Of a DNA stretch of 64,000 nucleotides, positions 39,330-52,787 are shown in pieces (position 1 is the first letter of the stretch; each line of letters starts with the position of its first letter). The notes under the pieces were generated by a model. That model was not told the DNA's origin. It searched no databases and saw only the letters and a list, made by a program, of their open reading frames with translations. Source of the DNA: Trypanosoma brucei. Lineage: Eukaryota. The stretch lies in assembly GCA_000002445.1 (NCBI GenBank), contig CP000071.1, forward strand, positions 1,856,001 to 1,920,000, written 5' to 3'. Position numbers and translations under genes: made by a program.

Positions 39330-42300
39330 AACGAATAACAAAAATCAAAACAAAAGGATTGCTAATTGACATCTTTTGGAGAGTCTGGGGTGGGGGCTTC
39401 TCGTCCCATCTGCTGTATTCCGTTTAACTGCGGAGCTACGACAAAAAATTATAGATGATAGGGATGGATTGAAAAAGGAAAATCCAAAACACCCACCAGT
39501 AACAGTACAGTCGAGGCGCTTGCGGTGGTGGCAATAATGGCTGTGGCATTGTGGGGAAACCGTTGCAAACGCCTGAGGAGAGCTTCAAATTAAACATCGA
39601 CCACGCCAATCCAATATCACTTCCTGTCCTGACGATTTTTGTTCATTCCCCCTGTTTCTAGTTACACCTTCAAACGGATACACACAACAAACTTACATTT
39701 ACTTGATCACATCAGGAAGGACATATATTGCTCCTCCCCCCTTTTTTACAATCTAGTGACTCCTTCGCTTTTATTCCCTGTACGAGACGTTGCAGATTCT
39801 TTATGCGTAAAATCGTTCTTCTCTTCGTATGTGAAAACAAGTTTATTTCATTCATCCATCGTTATTCTCATTAGTCGATTGAGGTCCCTGCAGGTTATCC
39901 TTGTTATCATTTTGTTATTGTTTACATCTACTGCGACATCATGATTGCTTGAAGAAGTCACTCGCATTGGTGAGCTACGGTGGCATTATATTCAGGAAGG
40001 ATATATTATTCGGAGTGGTTACTAAGGAAAGCCTCTGCAGTTTTTAACTTCTAAGCCTTAGATGAAAATAGACACGTTATGAAAACATATGTGTATTTCT
40101 GCATGGCTTCGTGCGTACATCACAGTACCAAAATGTATTTTTCCTTTTATTGATTCTCCCCCCAGCCGGTAGTTCCCCTCCAGAAAGCATCCGATGCCAC
40201 ATTGACAAACGTGCTATATTATCCCCAAACACGAAGACACGTAAGTAGCATTATCTCGGACTGGTGGGATACTGTTCGGGCTGCGAAACTAATTCTCGTG
40301 ATCTGTTTCCTATCGAAATGAGAATAATACTCACGCAACGGCAATCACAAGCAATCCGCTTCACAGTTTCTGTGGAACGAAATGAATTTTCCCCCTTCCT
40401 ATTTCTTTATATGCTACGCTAATGTAATGTTTGAATGAGCGGCCCATACTCACAGTACCCATCACACTAATTCCCCATACACTCACTAAGCAATTCACAT
40501 AATTATACACTATCGCCCACTGGTTGACACCAAACCGCTGAACCGTATTGAGATGTGTTGACGCGGTGGCCTAAGCATACGGAAGCACTCCCCTTTTTCT
40601 ACAGATCCTCAAGGTCAATCCTTGCAGAAACTGCTCGATCTTGGTGTTATCGGAATTTTAGAGAGATAAATTGTGATTACTCTATGGTAACATATCCGTT
40701 GTGCTTAATTTTTTTTCGGAATGTTTTCTACCCTCACTAATTCTTCCTGGCCGGTTTTCCACCACTGGAGAATCAATGTATTATATTTCTTTATTTTTCT
40801 TTTTGTAGGTGTACGTGGGCCAACTATGCTTGACCACAGGGAAAATGGCATGGCTAAGGAAAAGGACTAAAAACCTGTGCTTACATCTTGGGTCTGCTTT
40901 CTATTATTCAGATTCTTTGGAACACTGTGAACGGGAATGTGTTTTATAGTTATTTTGCTTTGTTTTTTTTATATTTAAACTTTTTTGTAATGGGCTGAAT
41001 ATTTTTTTGTGCTGTCGAGGATTGTTATTTGCTGGTGGTAGTGGCTCATTTTATTTTATTTTGGCGTGTGTAGAATGAGAATGTTAGGGTTGCAGGTGTG
41101 TCGCTGCGACGCCCGAAATAATTTTGTGGAAAATTGCTTTACCACTCGAGGTGTCATAATTGAAGAAATGATTCTCTTTTTCTACACTTAAAAACTTCCC
41201 GCTTTTGTTTTTTGTCGTTGTTTATTTATTTGTTTATTTAATTTGTCCCACCCCTTCTGGAGCCGATGAGGTAATTTCTGCATCTGTTTTTTTTTTTTGC
41301 AGATCGCACATCATTATTCCAATGAGTCAAATGTACTTTCCGTCCCGCATTCTCCATTTTCTATGCTTCCCATGTATTCAAAACTATGCCATCATTTATT
41401 TCAGACAGCACGTGTGTCTTTAACCTTAACAGTAGTCATTTGATGGTCATGTTTTTTAGCATATCTGTGAGTATTTAATGCACATTTCCTCTCACTTTTC
41501 CAATGCATTTTTAATTGCAGCTAAACATACGTGACAACATGTGGTAATGTTAAAGGGATAAAGAGGGAAAACAATTAAAAGAAAAGAAAAGAAAGAAACG
41601 AGGGAAAGAGGAAGTAAGAAAAATAAGCATGTGAAACAGAAGGGTGAAAAAATAAAATAAAAATAAATAAATGACAATAAGAAGCACCATAAAGGGGGCG
41701 CAAGCAAGAGAAGGGAAATGGATCCGCGAAAGGTTTTCACGCGTACCCAGTGAGAGTAAAACAAGAAAAATAACAACGGTACAAAAAATAATAAAAAGAA
41801 GAAGGCATACGCACCTCAACGGGGGAAAAAAGAATGGAAGGAAGAAAGGGAAAACTCCATCAACCCCTCGTTTCGTTTTCACGTATTCTTCTTCAAAGCG
41901 TATAAACAAATAAATTAGAAGTTATATATATATAAATATATATTATTTATTAATAGAAATTCAGAAAATCACACTTCATCTGTTCGACTTCTTTTAATTA
42001 AACGCACCGTACGAATGGCAGCCCGGCGGGTCATTTCATTTCCTCTTCAGAACCAACTTTGGTGTGTGGGATGACGGTTCCGGCAACAGTAACAAAAAAA
42101 AAAACAAAATTTTTTTAGCGGCGAATACAACGAAGCCGCACCACCATCATACGTTTCTTTTTCTTTTTTCCCCTCTCATATGGACACGCGCACACATGTG
42201 CATTTTTTAAATTTTTCTTTCGTTTTAAGGGACGGGGTCTCACATCACACGGTGGCTTCCGAATGTAAATGAGAGAAAACGAGAAAAATTGCAGAGGGGA

Positions 42301-42758
42301 GTTTAAATAAAACAATGAAGGAATTTGTGCTTTTGCTTTCGACCCTTCTTTCCGCCTTTGGAACTATCAGTCAGTTGCTTTTATATACAGCTGCATGTCA
42401 TCACAACAGTCGCCATACTGAAGCATAAGCGGAGAACCAATAATACGAGAAATAAATAAATAAATACAAATCAATAAATATATTTATATTTATATATCAA
42501 TGAAGGAAAAGAAAAAAAAAAGAGCAAAAATTTAGAAAATCAAAAAATAGAAACAAAAAGGGAAAGGGAAAGGGTCGGTAAGAGTAATACAAATAGACGA
42601 AATAACAACTAGAATTTGAAACTCCCAAACGTATACACTAACATACTAGAATAATAATAATAATAATGATAATAATAAACGCATATTATATATGAACTAA
42701 AGTGAAGAGAAGGGGAGGGAAGCACACGTGCGTGTGCGTATACAAAATGCAGAACATT
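39330..42758. other. Convergent strand-switch region. ORF-free and AT-rich. Plus-strand genes end upstream; minus-strand genes begin downstream.
   Basis: Gene orientation flips here. No ORF over 110 aa. Polypurine tracts on the plus strand (polyY on minus) appear from 41.5 kb onward. Confidence 0.6.
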
Positions 42759-43433
42759 TTAGCTGGAAATGATGGCAGTAATGGCGCCTACAAATGAGAA
42801 ACTGGATGAGGCCACAAGAAACATCCATCCATATCCCAATTGCCAACCATCTTCTTCTAAGCAACTGAGGCACGGTTGTGAGTCACACCATTCATTTTTG
42901 TACCAATCCAAAAGGAGACCAAACACCACACCACTGCAGCACGCCGCCAACAGAAAATACGTCACGAGCGGTACCCTCAGGAAACTATGCGTACCGAAGA
43001 AGAAAATACACATGAAAAAGTTCATAAAGTTAAGCGAAGCAGCCACAATACTCAGGCCCTCCACTACCTGAATGTGGAAACGGCCATAGTTGCATGTAAA
43101 GTAATCCTCATAGAGAATGATGTCATCCGTATCGCCCGCTTCGTTTTCATGTGGCTGATCCTTCTTTCTTTTACCAACGCTATCATCAGCCTTAGTGGCA
43201 CGACTCGTGCCGTTTTTATTAATGCTGTTACTAATATTTATGTTTTTCTCTTCACCTCCATCAGCGCTTTCGCTTATATCTTCCATATCATACTTCCATA
43301 ATGTAATGATGCCGGGCCTCTCGCCTTGTGCTTCGAATATTGGTGTTAAAAACGTCAACCCCGTCAAGGCGAGGGAAAAGATGGAAAATATGAGAGCAAG
43401 AAGGCGACACTTACGCACCACAAAACTTCCCAT
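42759..43433 (-). CDS. Hypothetical tetra-spanning membrane protein. Signal-anchor, large first loop, and 3 further TM segments.
   Basis: ATG at 43433 after a GTG at 43469. Hydrophobic segments: LLALIFSIFSLALTGLTFL, IVAASLNFMNFFMCIFFFG, LVTYFLLAACCSGVVFGLLL and WMFLVASSSFSFVGAITAII. PolyY on the minus strand upstream. Confidence 0.5.
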   Translation of the reverse strand: MGSFVVRKCRLLALIFSIFSLALTGLTFLTPIFEAQGERPGIITLWKYDMEDISESADGGEEKNINISNSINKNGTSRATKADDSVGKRKKDQPHENEAGDTDDIILYEDYFTCNYGRFHIQVVEGLSIVAASLNFMNFFMCIFFFGTHSFLRVPLVTYFLLAACCSGVVFGLLLDWYKNEWCDSQPCLSCLEEDGWQLGYGWMFLVASSSFSFVGAITAIISS

Positions 43434-43517
43434 TCCTAAACTGTTAAATAATGCGAGGCCGCCCTTCACTCTACTTCCGCTCTGGTCACCACCAATGGTA
43501 GCAATAATTTTTTTTTT

Positions 43518-43520
<3 letters not shown>

Positions 43521-43559
<39 letters not shown>
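43521..43559. repeat. (AT)19 microsatellite preceded by T10.
   Basis: The longest TA dinucleotide run in the window. Confidence 0.9.
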
Positions 43560-43562
<3 letters not shown>

Positions 43563-46207
43563 ATAATAGTAATAGTAACAATGATAATGCTTTTGTTGTT
43601 GCTGTTGTTCAGCAGGTCTCTATTCACTCGGCGAAAGTCTTCGTACACACACGCACACACTCAGCTTTTTCCTATTTTTGTATATGTGAAGAAACGAATA
43701 GATAAAGTCACGAACTCAAATTAAATTAAATTAAATTAAACTAATATATATATATATATATATATAGAAATATATTAATATCTAAATATTTTTTTTTATG
43801 CGCGTATGTATTTTATTTACACTTCCCCGTTTACCCACTGTGCTGGAGTGAAATGAGAATTGTTGTTGTTCTTTTCTTTTTTCTTTTTTTGTCTTTCCCT
43901 TTTGTCCTTCGGCAGGTGGCGGACTTCCCCCGTCCCCTCCTTCAATTTGTGGCTAAATGTTAAAAAACTAACAGTAACAACAACAACAGGAAAGAAGAAA
44001 AAAAAAAGAGAGAGAAAACGAAGCAAAATAATTAAAAAAATAATAATAATTAAAGGAAAAAAACGAAACAAATATGCACAAATATAAACATTAATATATA
44101 ATAAAAACCGTGTGAACAAAAAAATTTTTAAAAATGTGACTTGCAGGTGATAAAATCGGTTTAAACTTCACATACCCCCGTCTTTTATTTTATTTTTTTT
44201 ACTTTCGTCTTTTTTCCGTCTTTGTTTCTCCCTGTTTTTCTTTCTTTTCTTTTTTTTTCGTTTCGTTTGTTAACCGTCTTGCGCATCTAAAATGCACACA
44301 TGTGCCAAAAGTATCAAGCCGTTTAAATATAAATATAAACATATTTATATTTACTTTTTTAAACAAAGAAAAAAAAAGAAAAAAAAACGTAAAAGAACAA
44401 CAACGACCAAAAAAAAAAAATAATACAAAAATACAGAAAGAAAAAAAAACATTGAAGTAATCCTCCCTTTTTTTTTCCCCCCCTCGGATACACGGGCATA
44501 TGGACACACACACACAAAAAATAATAATAATAAATAAATAAATAATAGAGCAGCACCAAATGAAAGAAAAAAACAAAAAAAAAGGGTAATGAAGAAGTAA
44601 AACAGTAAACTTGTAAATGGGGGAGGACAAATAAATGAAACACTGAAAACTAAACGCCTGCATGAACTTTCTCATTTCTTTTTTTTTATTTTATTTTTCT
44701 TTTCTTTTCGCTTTGTTTCTTGGGGTGCTTTTCCTTTCCTCCTTTTCATACCTCTCTTCTCTTCTTTTTATTTTTCTTTTTTTTTTTTGGTTGCTTGATG
44801 TTATACATTTAGTTATTTTATTTCGGTTGTCGGATCCTTTTTTTTTTTTTCTTCCTCCTCCCCTCAAAAAAAAAAAAAAATCGGTGTTGGGCACCATGTG
44901 CTGGCGATGGATCGGGTGTGCGTAAAACATGAATCAGAAAGTTAAATAAAGCCCAAATTCTCGTGGACTTGGTCCAAAAAATTTTTTTTTTTAAAGTTTG
45001 CCATTTCAAATGTTTTGTTCCTTCCTTATTTCCTTCACATGAAATAACTCCGGTGGTGGGCTATTCTCTTTCACTCCCCTTCATTTAAATTAAATTAAGT
45101 TTTCTTCACCCACAGCCAATCATACGCCAAGCCACTACTGCCGTTAATACCCTCGAACATAGAGACCTAAGGGACGAGAAATGAATATTACCAAACAAAC
45201 AAACACATATGTATGAATGTATGTTGTGAACATCAAATAGACACTGAAATAAATATTAAAACAAAAACAAAAACAAAAACAAAAACAAGAAGAGAAGAGA
45301 AGAGAGAAGAAAAAAAAGGTTTCGAGGAGCACGAAGCAAAGCCAATGGAGTATCGGTAAAATACATAATTCTGTTTTCTTCTTTATTTCGTTTCGTCTTC
45401 CTCTTCCCCCTCCCCCCCCCTCCCATTTCGCTTTCGCCCCGCCTAAATCCTTTTCTTTTTCTTCTTTCTACTCCCTCACTGGATCCTTTATTATTGTATT
45501 TCATTCGACCCCAATGATATGCATGAATTCCATTGAGTAGGACCCGTCCCGTGGCATAACTTCATCCCTTGCCACTCGTGTGCCCTCCACACCTTAATAA
45601 TAACAACAACAACATCAACTTGTTTCAGTCACTTCATTACTTTTTGGAACATTACACTTGAATATTAGTAAACATCCCCTTTTCTCTTTTCTCTTTTCCC
45701 TTTCCCTACTACCGTTTTTGTTGCTTGTTTGTAATTTGGTTGGCTTCAAACCTCACTAGTGGAAACATGAGGTATTTTCAACACATGCTTCACGAGCTTC
45801 CCTCACACTTGACTTGAAGTCACCCCGTTGGCATCCGCATTGTTACCCCCCACACACGAACATGAACCAGTCGTTGTCCTTTCAGCCCACCACAATGTAA
45901 CTACGGGGCGCAAATTTGAAAGGAGGAGAAACAAAACAAAACAAAACAAAACACGTCGTGTCATACCACTGGTGCGTAACTTTCTTTCCTCCTCCATCAT
46001 ACGTTTATACCTTGCCTAGATTCTTCTAACATTCGCTACTCTCTACTGGTTCATCTGTATCCTCCTTATTGGCTCGGCCACAGTATGTCTGCCCTGACAT
46101 GAAATGTAACTATGAAATATTCGTACGCTTCTTCCTTATTAACGCACATCCGCACATCTCTCACTAAATGCCGCCGTCAACAAAAAGAAAAATAAAAAAT
46201 AACTTTC

Positions 46208-48037
46208 CTAGTAGACGCGCTTCGCTGGCGGAATGCTATCTAATTCACTTGTCAACATCTCACTGTGCACACGGCGGTAAGCCAGTTTCGCTTTACCCTC
46301 CTTATCATTAATGTACGCAAGCGTGTGCTTCATCCAGTTGTGGTCATCCCGCTCCGGGTAGTCGTCACGCGCATGGGCCCCACGGGACTCCCGCCGCGCT
46401 GCCGCACTAGCGATTGTCATGAGTGCGTTGTAAAGTAAATTCCGTAACTCAAGTGCCTCAATGAGGTTGCTGTTCCATACTGGAGACTTGTCGTGGACGA
46501 AAACATGTGAGTAATCCCTGTAGCATTCCTCGATGATTGCTTGGCCCTTAAGCATGCTCTCCTCCGTCCGGAACACGGCAGCGTAGAGAGCCATTGTTTC
46601 CTTCATGCGCTCACGAATGCGGGCAACGGGGATATCACCCTTATTATGAAGGATTTTGTCAAGATCAGCAATGGAACTCTCACCTGCATCTGATCGCAAC
46701 TCGGGTTGCGCCCGTCCCTCTTTCGTTAGGTTAAAAATGACGGTGTTGGCGCACGACTTACCAAACACCACAATGTCCAGCAGCGAGTTGGCGCCCAGCC
46801 GATTAGCGCCATGAACGCTCGCGCAAGCGCACTCCCCTGCCGCAAGGAGACCCGGTACAATCGCATCGTCATCACCATTGCGTGGGTTTACGACCTCACC
46901 CGTCCAAAGCGTGGGGACGCCACCCATGGAGTAGTGAACGGTGGGCACAATGGGAATGGATTCTTTCGTTACATCCACACCAGCAAATATGTGAGCGCTC
47001 TCAGAGATACCCGGAAGCTTTTGGCGAAGCTGCTCTGGTGGGAGGTGATGTAACTGAAGAAGAACATGATCCTTCTTTGGCCCACAACCACGACCGGCGA
47101 GCAGTTCGAGAGTGATGGCACGCGACACCACATCGCGAGATGCCAGATCCTTCGCTTTCGGAGCATACCGCTCCATGAAACGCTCCCCCTCGCTGTTAAT
47201 AAGGTAACCTCCCTCACCTCGTGACCCCTCAGTAATTAAAACTCCTGGTCCATAAATACCCGTCGGATGGAACTGCACAAACTCCATATCCTCTGCGGCC
47301 AAACCGGCACGAGCCACCATCGCTGTTCCATCACCCGTGCATGACTTAGCACTGGTGGTTGTGAACCAGCACCGACCATACCCACCCGTTGCAAGGATGG
47401 TATACTTTGAGCGGAAACGGTGGATAGTACCATCGTCTATGCTCATCGCAACAATGCCACGACAACAGCCGTCCTCCACCATCAAGTCCAGACAATAATA
47501 TTCGTTAAAGAAATTCACTCCGTACTGGAAGGACTGGCCATACAGTGTGTGCAACATCGCATGCCCCGTGCGATCGGATGCCGCACATGTCCGCCTTGCC
47601 TGCTTCCCACCATAGTGAATAGACTGTCCACCGAATGCTCGCTGGTAGATGAAGCCATCCTTTGTACGGAGAAATGGAAGACCCATGCTCTCCAATTCCG
47701 ACACCACGCAAGGTGCTTCCTGACACATGTACTGAATTGCATCCTGGTCACCTAACCAATCACTTCCCTTCACTGTATCATACACATGCCAACGCCAGTC
47801 ATCCTCCTCGCAATTTCCGAGAGCAGCGTTGATACCTCCCTGAGCCGCAATTGTGTGGGAACGGGAGGGATATAACTTGGAGACGCATGCCACATTATAA
47901 CCCGAGGCGGCAACACCCATTGCGGCACGAAGCCCAGAGCCCCCTGCACCGACTACCACGCAGTCAAACGTATGATCGATCACGGGGTACGCCTTGCTGA
48001 GGTGTGAGGCGAGACGGTTAAAAGAACGCCGTAGCAT
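46208..48037 (-). CDS. SDHA: Succinate dehydrogenase flavoprotein subunit, 609 aa.
   Basis: N-terminal FAD-binding [22 protein letters not shown] with the His for covalent FAD. Fumarate reductase/SDH C-terminal domain. Conserved over its full length. Confidence 0.95.
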   Translation of the reverse strand: MLRRSFNRLASHLSKAYPVIDHTFDCVVVGAGGSGLRAAMGVAASGYNVACVSKLYPSRSHTIAAQGGINAALGNCEEDDWRWHVYDTVKGSDWLGDQDAIQYMCQEAPCVVSELESMGLPFLRTKDGFIYQRAFGGQSIHYGGKQARRTCAASDRTGHAMLHTLYGQSFQYGVNFFNEYYCLDLMVEDGCCRGIVAMSIDDGTIHRFRSKYTILATGGYGRCWFTTTSAKSCTGDGTAMVARAGLAAEDMEFVQFHPTGIYGPGVLITEGSRGEGGYLINSEGERFMERYAPKAKDLASRDVVSRAITLELLAGRGCGPKKDHVLLQLHHLPPEQLRQKLPGISESAHIFAGVDVTKESIPIVPTVHYSMGGVPTLWTGEVVNPRNGDDDAIVPGLLAAGECACASVHGANRLGANSLLDIVVFGKSCANTVIFNLTKEGRAQPELRSDAGESSIADLDKILHNKGDIPVARIRERMKETMALYAAVFRTEESMLKGQAIIEECYRDYSHVFVHDKSPVWNSNLIEALELRNLLYNALMTIASAAARRESRGAHARDDYPERDDHNWMKHTLAYINDKEGKAKLAYRRVHSEMLTSELDSIPPAKRVY

Positions 48038-49877
48038 CGTATCCTAAGTGATGCTCTTTCTTTTTCTTTTCTTTCCTGTGGTATGTAATCCCTTTTATTA
48101 CTTCACTCCTCCCCACCTATCCTTAAAACGGGCAAAACACGATAAATGTGGCCCTTGGAATGCTCCCTGACTTTATCTTACTACCACTTCCGCTCCTCAC
48201 TAAGTGTTCTGATGTGTCTGCTTTCCTTCGCTAAGTATATTTAATTATTTAAATTGAAATTCAGTTGAGAGAGTGACTGAGCAAAATACGTAGTCTTTCC
48301 CAGCAGTTGTTAGAGAACAGTAAAAAGTTTAACTGATACAAACCACTGCGATAGTAAAAGCAGACGGCATGGCAGTGTGAACACAACGTGAAAGAAATGG
48401 TAGAGAATTAGGGAAGGAAGGCCACGGATAGAGGCGGTGGAAAGGGGGGGGGAACAAATAGTGGGGCTCGGAAAAAGTTTTGCCTTCAGGAGCGCCAGAA
48501 CATATGATGTCACCCAACAACAAACAACAACAACAACAACAAAAGCAATACAGGAAGGCGGGAAGAGAAACGAAATCCATTCAACTGCGTGAAGAGACTT
48601 AAAATGGTCCGTTTATATTTCTCGCTTCCCTCACCGCTTTGTATTTTTGCTCCCCATACCTGTTTTTTTTTTTAAACTATCTCTTCCGCAGCCTGTGCAG
48701 CGAAGAAAAGAAGAAACGATTGCTTCCTGATTGCGATCTCCTATACCAGTAAACACTACTGATGAAAAAGTGGAAGGGAAAAGGAAGAGAATACGTCTTT
48801 TATTTATTTATTTATTTACTTACGAAAGGTTCCGACAGCTGAAATTGTAAAGAAAAACAAAATGCGCAAATACTGCCATCCTTTCTTCTCTGTGGGACGA
48901 TGTGGAGCGGGACATAAAAGGGTTTGACAACACACACACACAAAAAAAAAAAAGGGCAAACACAAGTAAACAACCCGTAGATTGCCTCAAAAAAAAAAAA
49001 ATCCGCACGTCAAACATTAACAAATAGCAGTCAAAGATTATGTTCCGCGTGCACATACAAAACAATTACTACAACGGAAGCTCCATCGCAAGTATAAGCG
49101 CCGACCTTCAAACATGCGGCGGAAACGCATCCACGTATAGACAAAGACGTGATTTTCTTCCGTCACCTCAGAGTTTATCAGATGGCTTAAAAGGGGAGCG
49201 GCGAAGCGGGGCGGAGGGATGGAAGGAGAAGGAGGGATAAAGTGTGTGCTTAAAGAAATAGTTGGGAAATAAAATACATTCCGCACACGCAACGATGCTC
49301 AGCTCAAGTAGACAAGTCATATGAATGAGCGAAAGTAATGTGACGTAATCATTTTTCAAAACACCCAACAATGTCAGTAGTTGTATATATATATATATAT
49401 ATATTAAAGGTGGGGATCTGTCTCCTACGCATGGGTACCGTCAAGGACATGTTTGCACCCATTGGTTTAGCAACTGAGGTGCCGCTAAGGGAGACAAATG
49501 TATAAAACTTAACGCAACCAGCGCGAAGGGAGAGGCGGGAGAAAAGTGGGGAAGAGGGAAGGTACCTGTACGCAATCGTAAAGTCACGGCTGCATCGTTA
49601 AGATGCATGTGGTAACTCCGCCTCACGCCGGAAAAAGCAAAAAAAAACAAGAGGGATGAAAAGGGAAACACAGCCATTGTGTCGATAGCAGCTCCATAAC
49701 GCAAAAACTACAAATACTACACCCACTCCCGCAATACATTGCGCCGGTGCCTCAAGTTGGATTATTACAAAATGTTTAGCTCACTCCTACACAAAAAATC
49801 GCTTTCCCCTTCCCATCCCCCACACATTCTCTCTCTCTCCCAATGCAAACACACAAACATGTACACCTCTCCAAAAC

Positions 49878-50792
49878 TTATGACACACAAGAGCCCCGGG
49901 TTGATAGTTTTTCCTCCCCACAACACAAATGCTCCAAATCACGAAAAGCCACATTTGTCATTCGGTTCACATATTCTCTCAGCAGTAAACTCCGAGCTGC
50001 AAAGGCGAAGGGTTCACTAACAAATTTGGCTTCCTTCATTCTCACAATAGGCAACAAAGCCGCATACACCACGCAATCATACGACGTCGGACGGTCACCA
50101 AAGAGAAATGGTTTGTCTCCGATAAGGGTTTCCACAGCTTCCAAGTCCATCAAATAACTGGAATCATATCGCTCACGCAAGACGTTCAGTTGCGCCAACT
50201 TGGAAGTGCCCAATACATGTCTTCTAAACCAAAGTAAAAAGCAGGCAATTGACGCTGCGGAAAACTTCCAGCAGCGTAGAGCACACGGCGCTGTGTAAAG
50301 CACAGCTTGATGCGCAAGCGTATGATGCAGGGCGAAGCGTGCCTCATACAACAACATGTTGCGAAGAGCCGTCCCGACAGCATGCTGCATACTTTCAAGC
50401 CCATCATCCATTTTCAACTTGAAAGTGTCCATAAGATATTGAATAATTACAGTACAACCCGCCACGCACTTGCCTTCGTGTATAATATATGGCAAAGTGC
50501 GTGTGGGTGAAGGAAAAACATCATACGTGGCTTGAACTTTGTAGGGAACATTCGCTAGTCGTAGAAATGTCTCAACAGCGACGCACGGCAACGAAATACT
50601 GGGGCCCAAGTGCCAACGAGGGTAAATAAATAAACGAATGATATTATCGCCCGTCTGCAACACTTCCTTTACATTCCCAGTATGGTTCCAGCGCTTGTGA
50701 GTGGGTCGCATCAAACACACATAAACCGAAGCGACTACGGCCACTCCCACAGCAATAACACATGTGACATCAACACCAGCGCTAACATCCAT
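49878..50792 (-). CDS. FAXC/metaxin-like GST-fold protein with an N-terminal TM anchor, paralogue 1.
   Basis: Thioredoxin-like N-domain (LFIYPRW...PYIIHEG) and a GST-C-like domain (TSYDCVVYAAL). ATG at 50792; the track start is GTG 50807. Confidence 0.65.
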   Translation of the reverse strand: MDVSAGVDVTCVIAVGVAVVASVYVCLMRPTHKRWNHTGNVKEVLQTGDNIIRLFIYPRWHLGPSISLPCVAVETFLRLANVPYKVQATYDVFPSPTRTLPYIIHEGKCVAGCTVIIQYLMDTFKLKMDDGLESMQHAVGTALRNMLLYEARFALHHTLAHQAVLYTAPCALRCWKFSAASIACFLLWFRRHVLGTSKLAQLNVLRERYDSSYLMDLEAVETLIGDKPFLFGDRPTSYDCVVYAALLPIVRMKEAKFVSEPFAFAARSLLLREYVNRMTNVAFRDLEHLCCGEEKLSTRGSCVS

Positions 50793-52676
50793 AGAAAATT
50801 TGCCCACCCTCGTTTAGTCGGGCCACTACTACTAAATATGGCAAATAAATAAACATTTTTTTTTTTTAAAAAGAAAGGCAGATGACTAACAGTTCGGATG
50901 GCATCAACAAACAGTAAACTAAAGAACAACCAAACTATTACACAAACAAATGTACATTTATATATAAGGGAGGGATAAAACGTCGTCGCGCAAACGAATC
51001 GCTAGAAACTGTTGAAATGAAACGAAAGTAAATGGGGAACGGAATGTACGAACATATATGTATGTATATATATATATATAATTTTTTTTTACATTTATTT
51101 AATCGTGTTCGAATGATGGGGAAGCTCAGTTAAGGGGAGTTCAAACTAATGCGCTGTTAGGTGGGCAGAAAAGCGTGTGCGGCCCATGCGTCGCAAAAAC
51201 AAAACAGCGGTATGCGTGTCTACGTGTGGGAAAAGGAGGTAGACGGAGGAAAATGAAAAGAAATAAAATAAAACCAAAATACGAAAGTCAAAAAGAAAAA
51301 AGAAAGTCAAATTCTGGAACTGGAATATATATATATATATATATGAACACGCGTGCGAGCACACGTAACTTATGCAGTGCATTGTTAATTTTACTATATT
51401 GCCATTTCACCTCACTCTTTTTTTTTTCCTTTCTTTCTGTTCCTCTTTTCTCTCACGCTTTCACGATGACAAAACTCCTTTTGGTTTTACCGTCCCTCCT
51501 CCCTTCCCCTTATGCAAACCCAATTCATCTTTTGCCAACATTTGAGCCGGTCAGTTCATTTGCTGCACCGCGACGTTTGGTAAGTTCAACAAATGTATAT
51601 ATATATATATATATATATTGAAGGGGAAACACAACTCTAAAGGAGAACAAAACACACGAAGGGAAAAGAATAACAAAGTTGAAGAGAAAAAAAAGAGAAA
51701 ACAAAAAAAAAAATAGCACGACACCGCACGAAATCAAATCGTCAGAAACGTTCAAAAATAAACAAGAAGAAACTTTCTTTGAAAATACCTCCTGGTACAC
51801 ACGAGTGGACGTAGGCAGAAAAATAAGAGGACGGTAGAATCACTAAGAGCATGCAGGTAACGAAACAGCAAAAAAAAAAAGGCAAAAGCAAATGAACAAA
51901 TAAAAAAAAAAAAGAAATGTTATACATCTCCTTCCTCCCCTCTCTGCACTTGCCAAACTGAGCACCATTCACCACTCGCTCAATTTTTCTTCTTTTTTCC
52001 CCCCTTCTTGTGTTTATACTCCTTTTTATTTTTATTTTTATTTTTTGGTAGTTGCAAACGGTGCATATGACCGATACGTTGGGTCACAGCACAAAAACCG
52101 CAGGGGAGAGATTTATTTAAAAAAAAAAACAGCACCTCAATAATCATAAATGAAAGTGTGTGTCATGTCTTTTTCTCTTTGTATTTCCCCCTTTTGAGTG
52201 TTTTTTTTATTTATTTTAAATCCTCCCAAATTCCCATCCCCAACAACGCGATAAACGAAATATATGACCCTTTTCAATCACTCACCGACCCCCGTTAAAT
52301 ATGGTAAGAATAAGAATAAGAAACAGAACACAAAAAAAAACAGAAAAAGAAAGAAGTAACGCTCCACCACGCGCACAGAGTTCCTCGGTTGTTTTCCTTT
52401 CCTTTTTTTTTAAAAAAATCCTCTTACACTATCAGCGATCACTGCTACAGTGACTTCAGCATTGCGTGTAGAGACAGAAAGCAAACCACACACCATACCA
52501 CATTCCTCTCTCTTCCTTCCATATAAATTACACACATACACAAAAAAAAAGAAAAAAAAAACAACGAACACAAATATAAACTATCGTCAAAGGAGTTCAG
52601 AAAATGTAAATACGGTTCAAGGATAGATCCAAACGCCGTGTAACCAACCTTCAAAAGTTGCCACACTCGAATCCCA

Positions 52677-52681
<5 letters not shown>

Positions 52682-52709
<28 letters not shown>
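52682..52709. repeat. (AT)14 microsatellite.
   Basis: atatatatatatatatatatatatatat. Confidence 0.9.
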
Positions 52710-52787
52710 CATATGCCATGATAATTTATACGTTTGCGTGTACATGTGCACACCCTCACATAATCACACAAAATGAATGTCAAAACC

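Noticed and set aside
39639-41423. Short ORFs (39639..39944, 40555..40740, 41205..41423) inside the convergent strand-switch region.
   Set aside because: They are 60-100 codons, hydrophobic or low-complexity, with no domains. The region is best interpreted as non-coding termination zone.
46811-47755. Antisense and alternate-frame ORFs within the SDH flavoprotein gene. Similar ORFs lie inside other long genes, for example 13228..13929 minus, 34413..35099 minus and 28567..29187 minus.
   Set aside because: They are shadow ORFs of GC-richer, conserved coding sequence on the opposite strand. The annotated gene explains the region.
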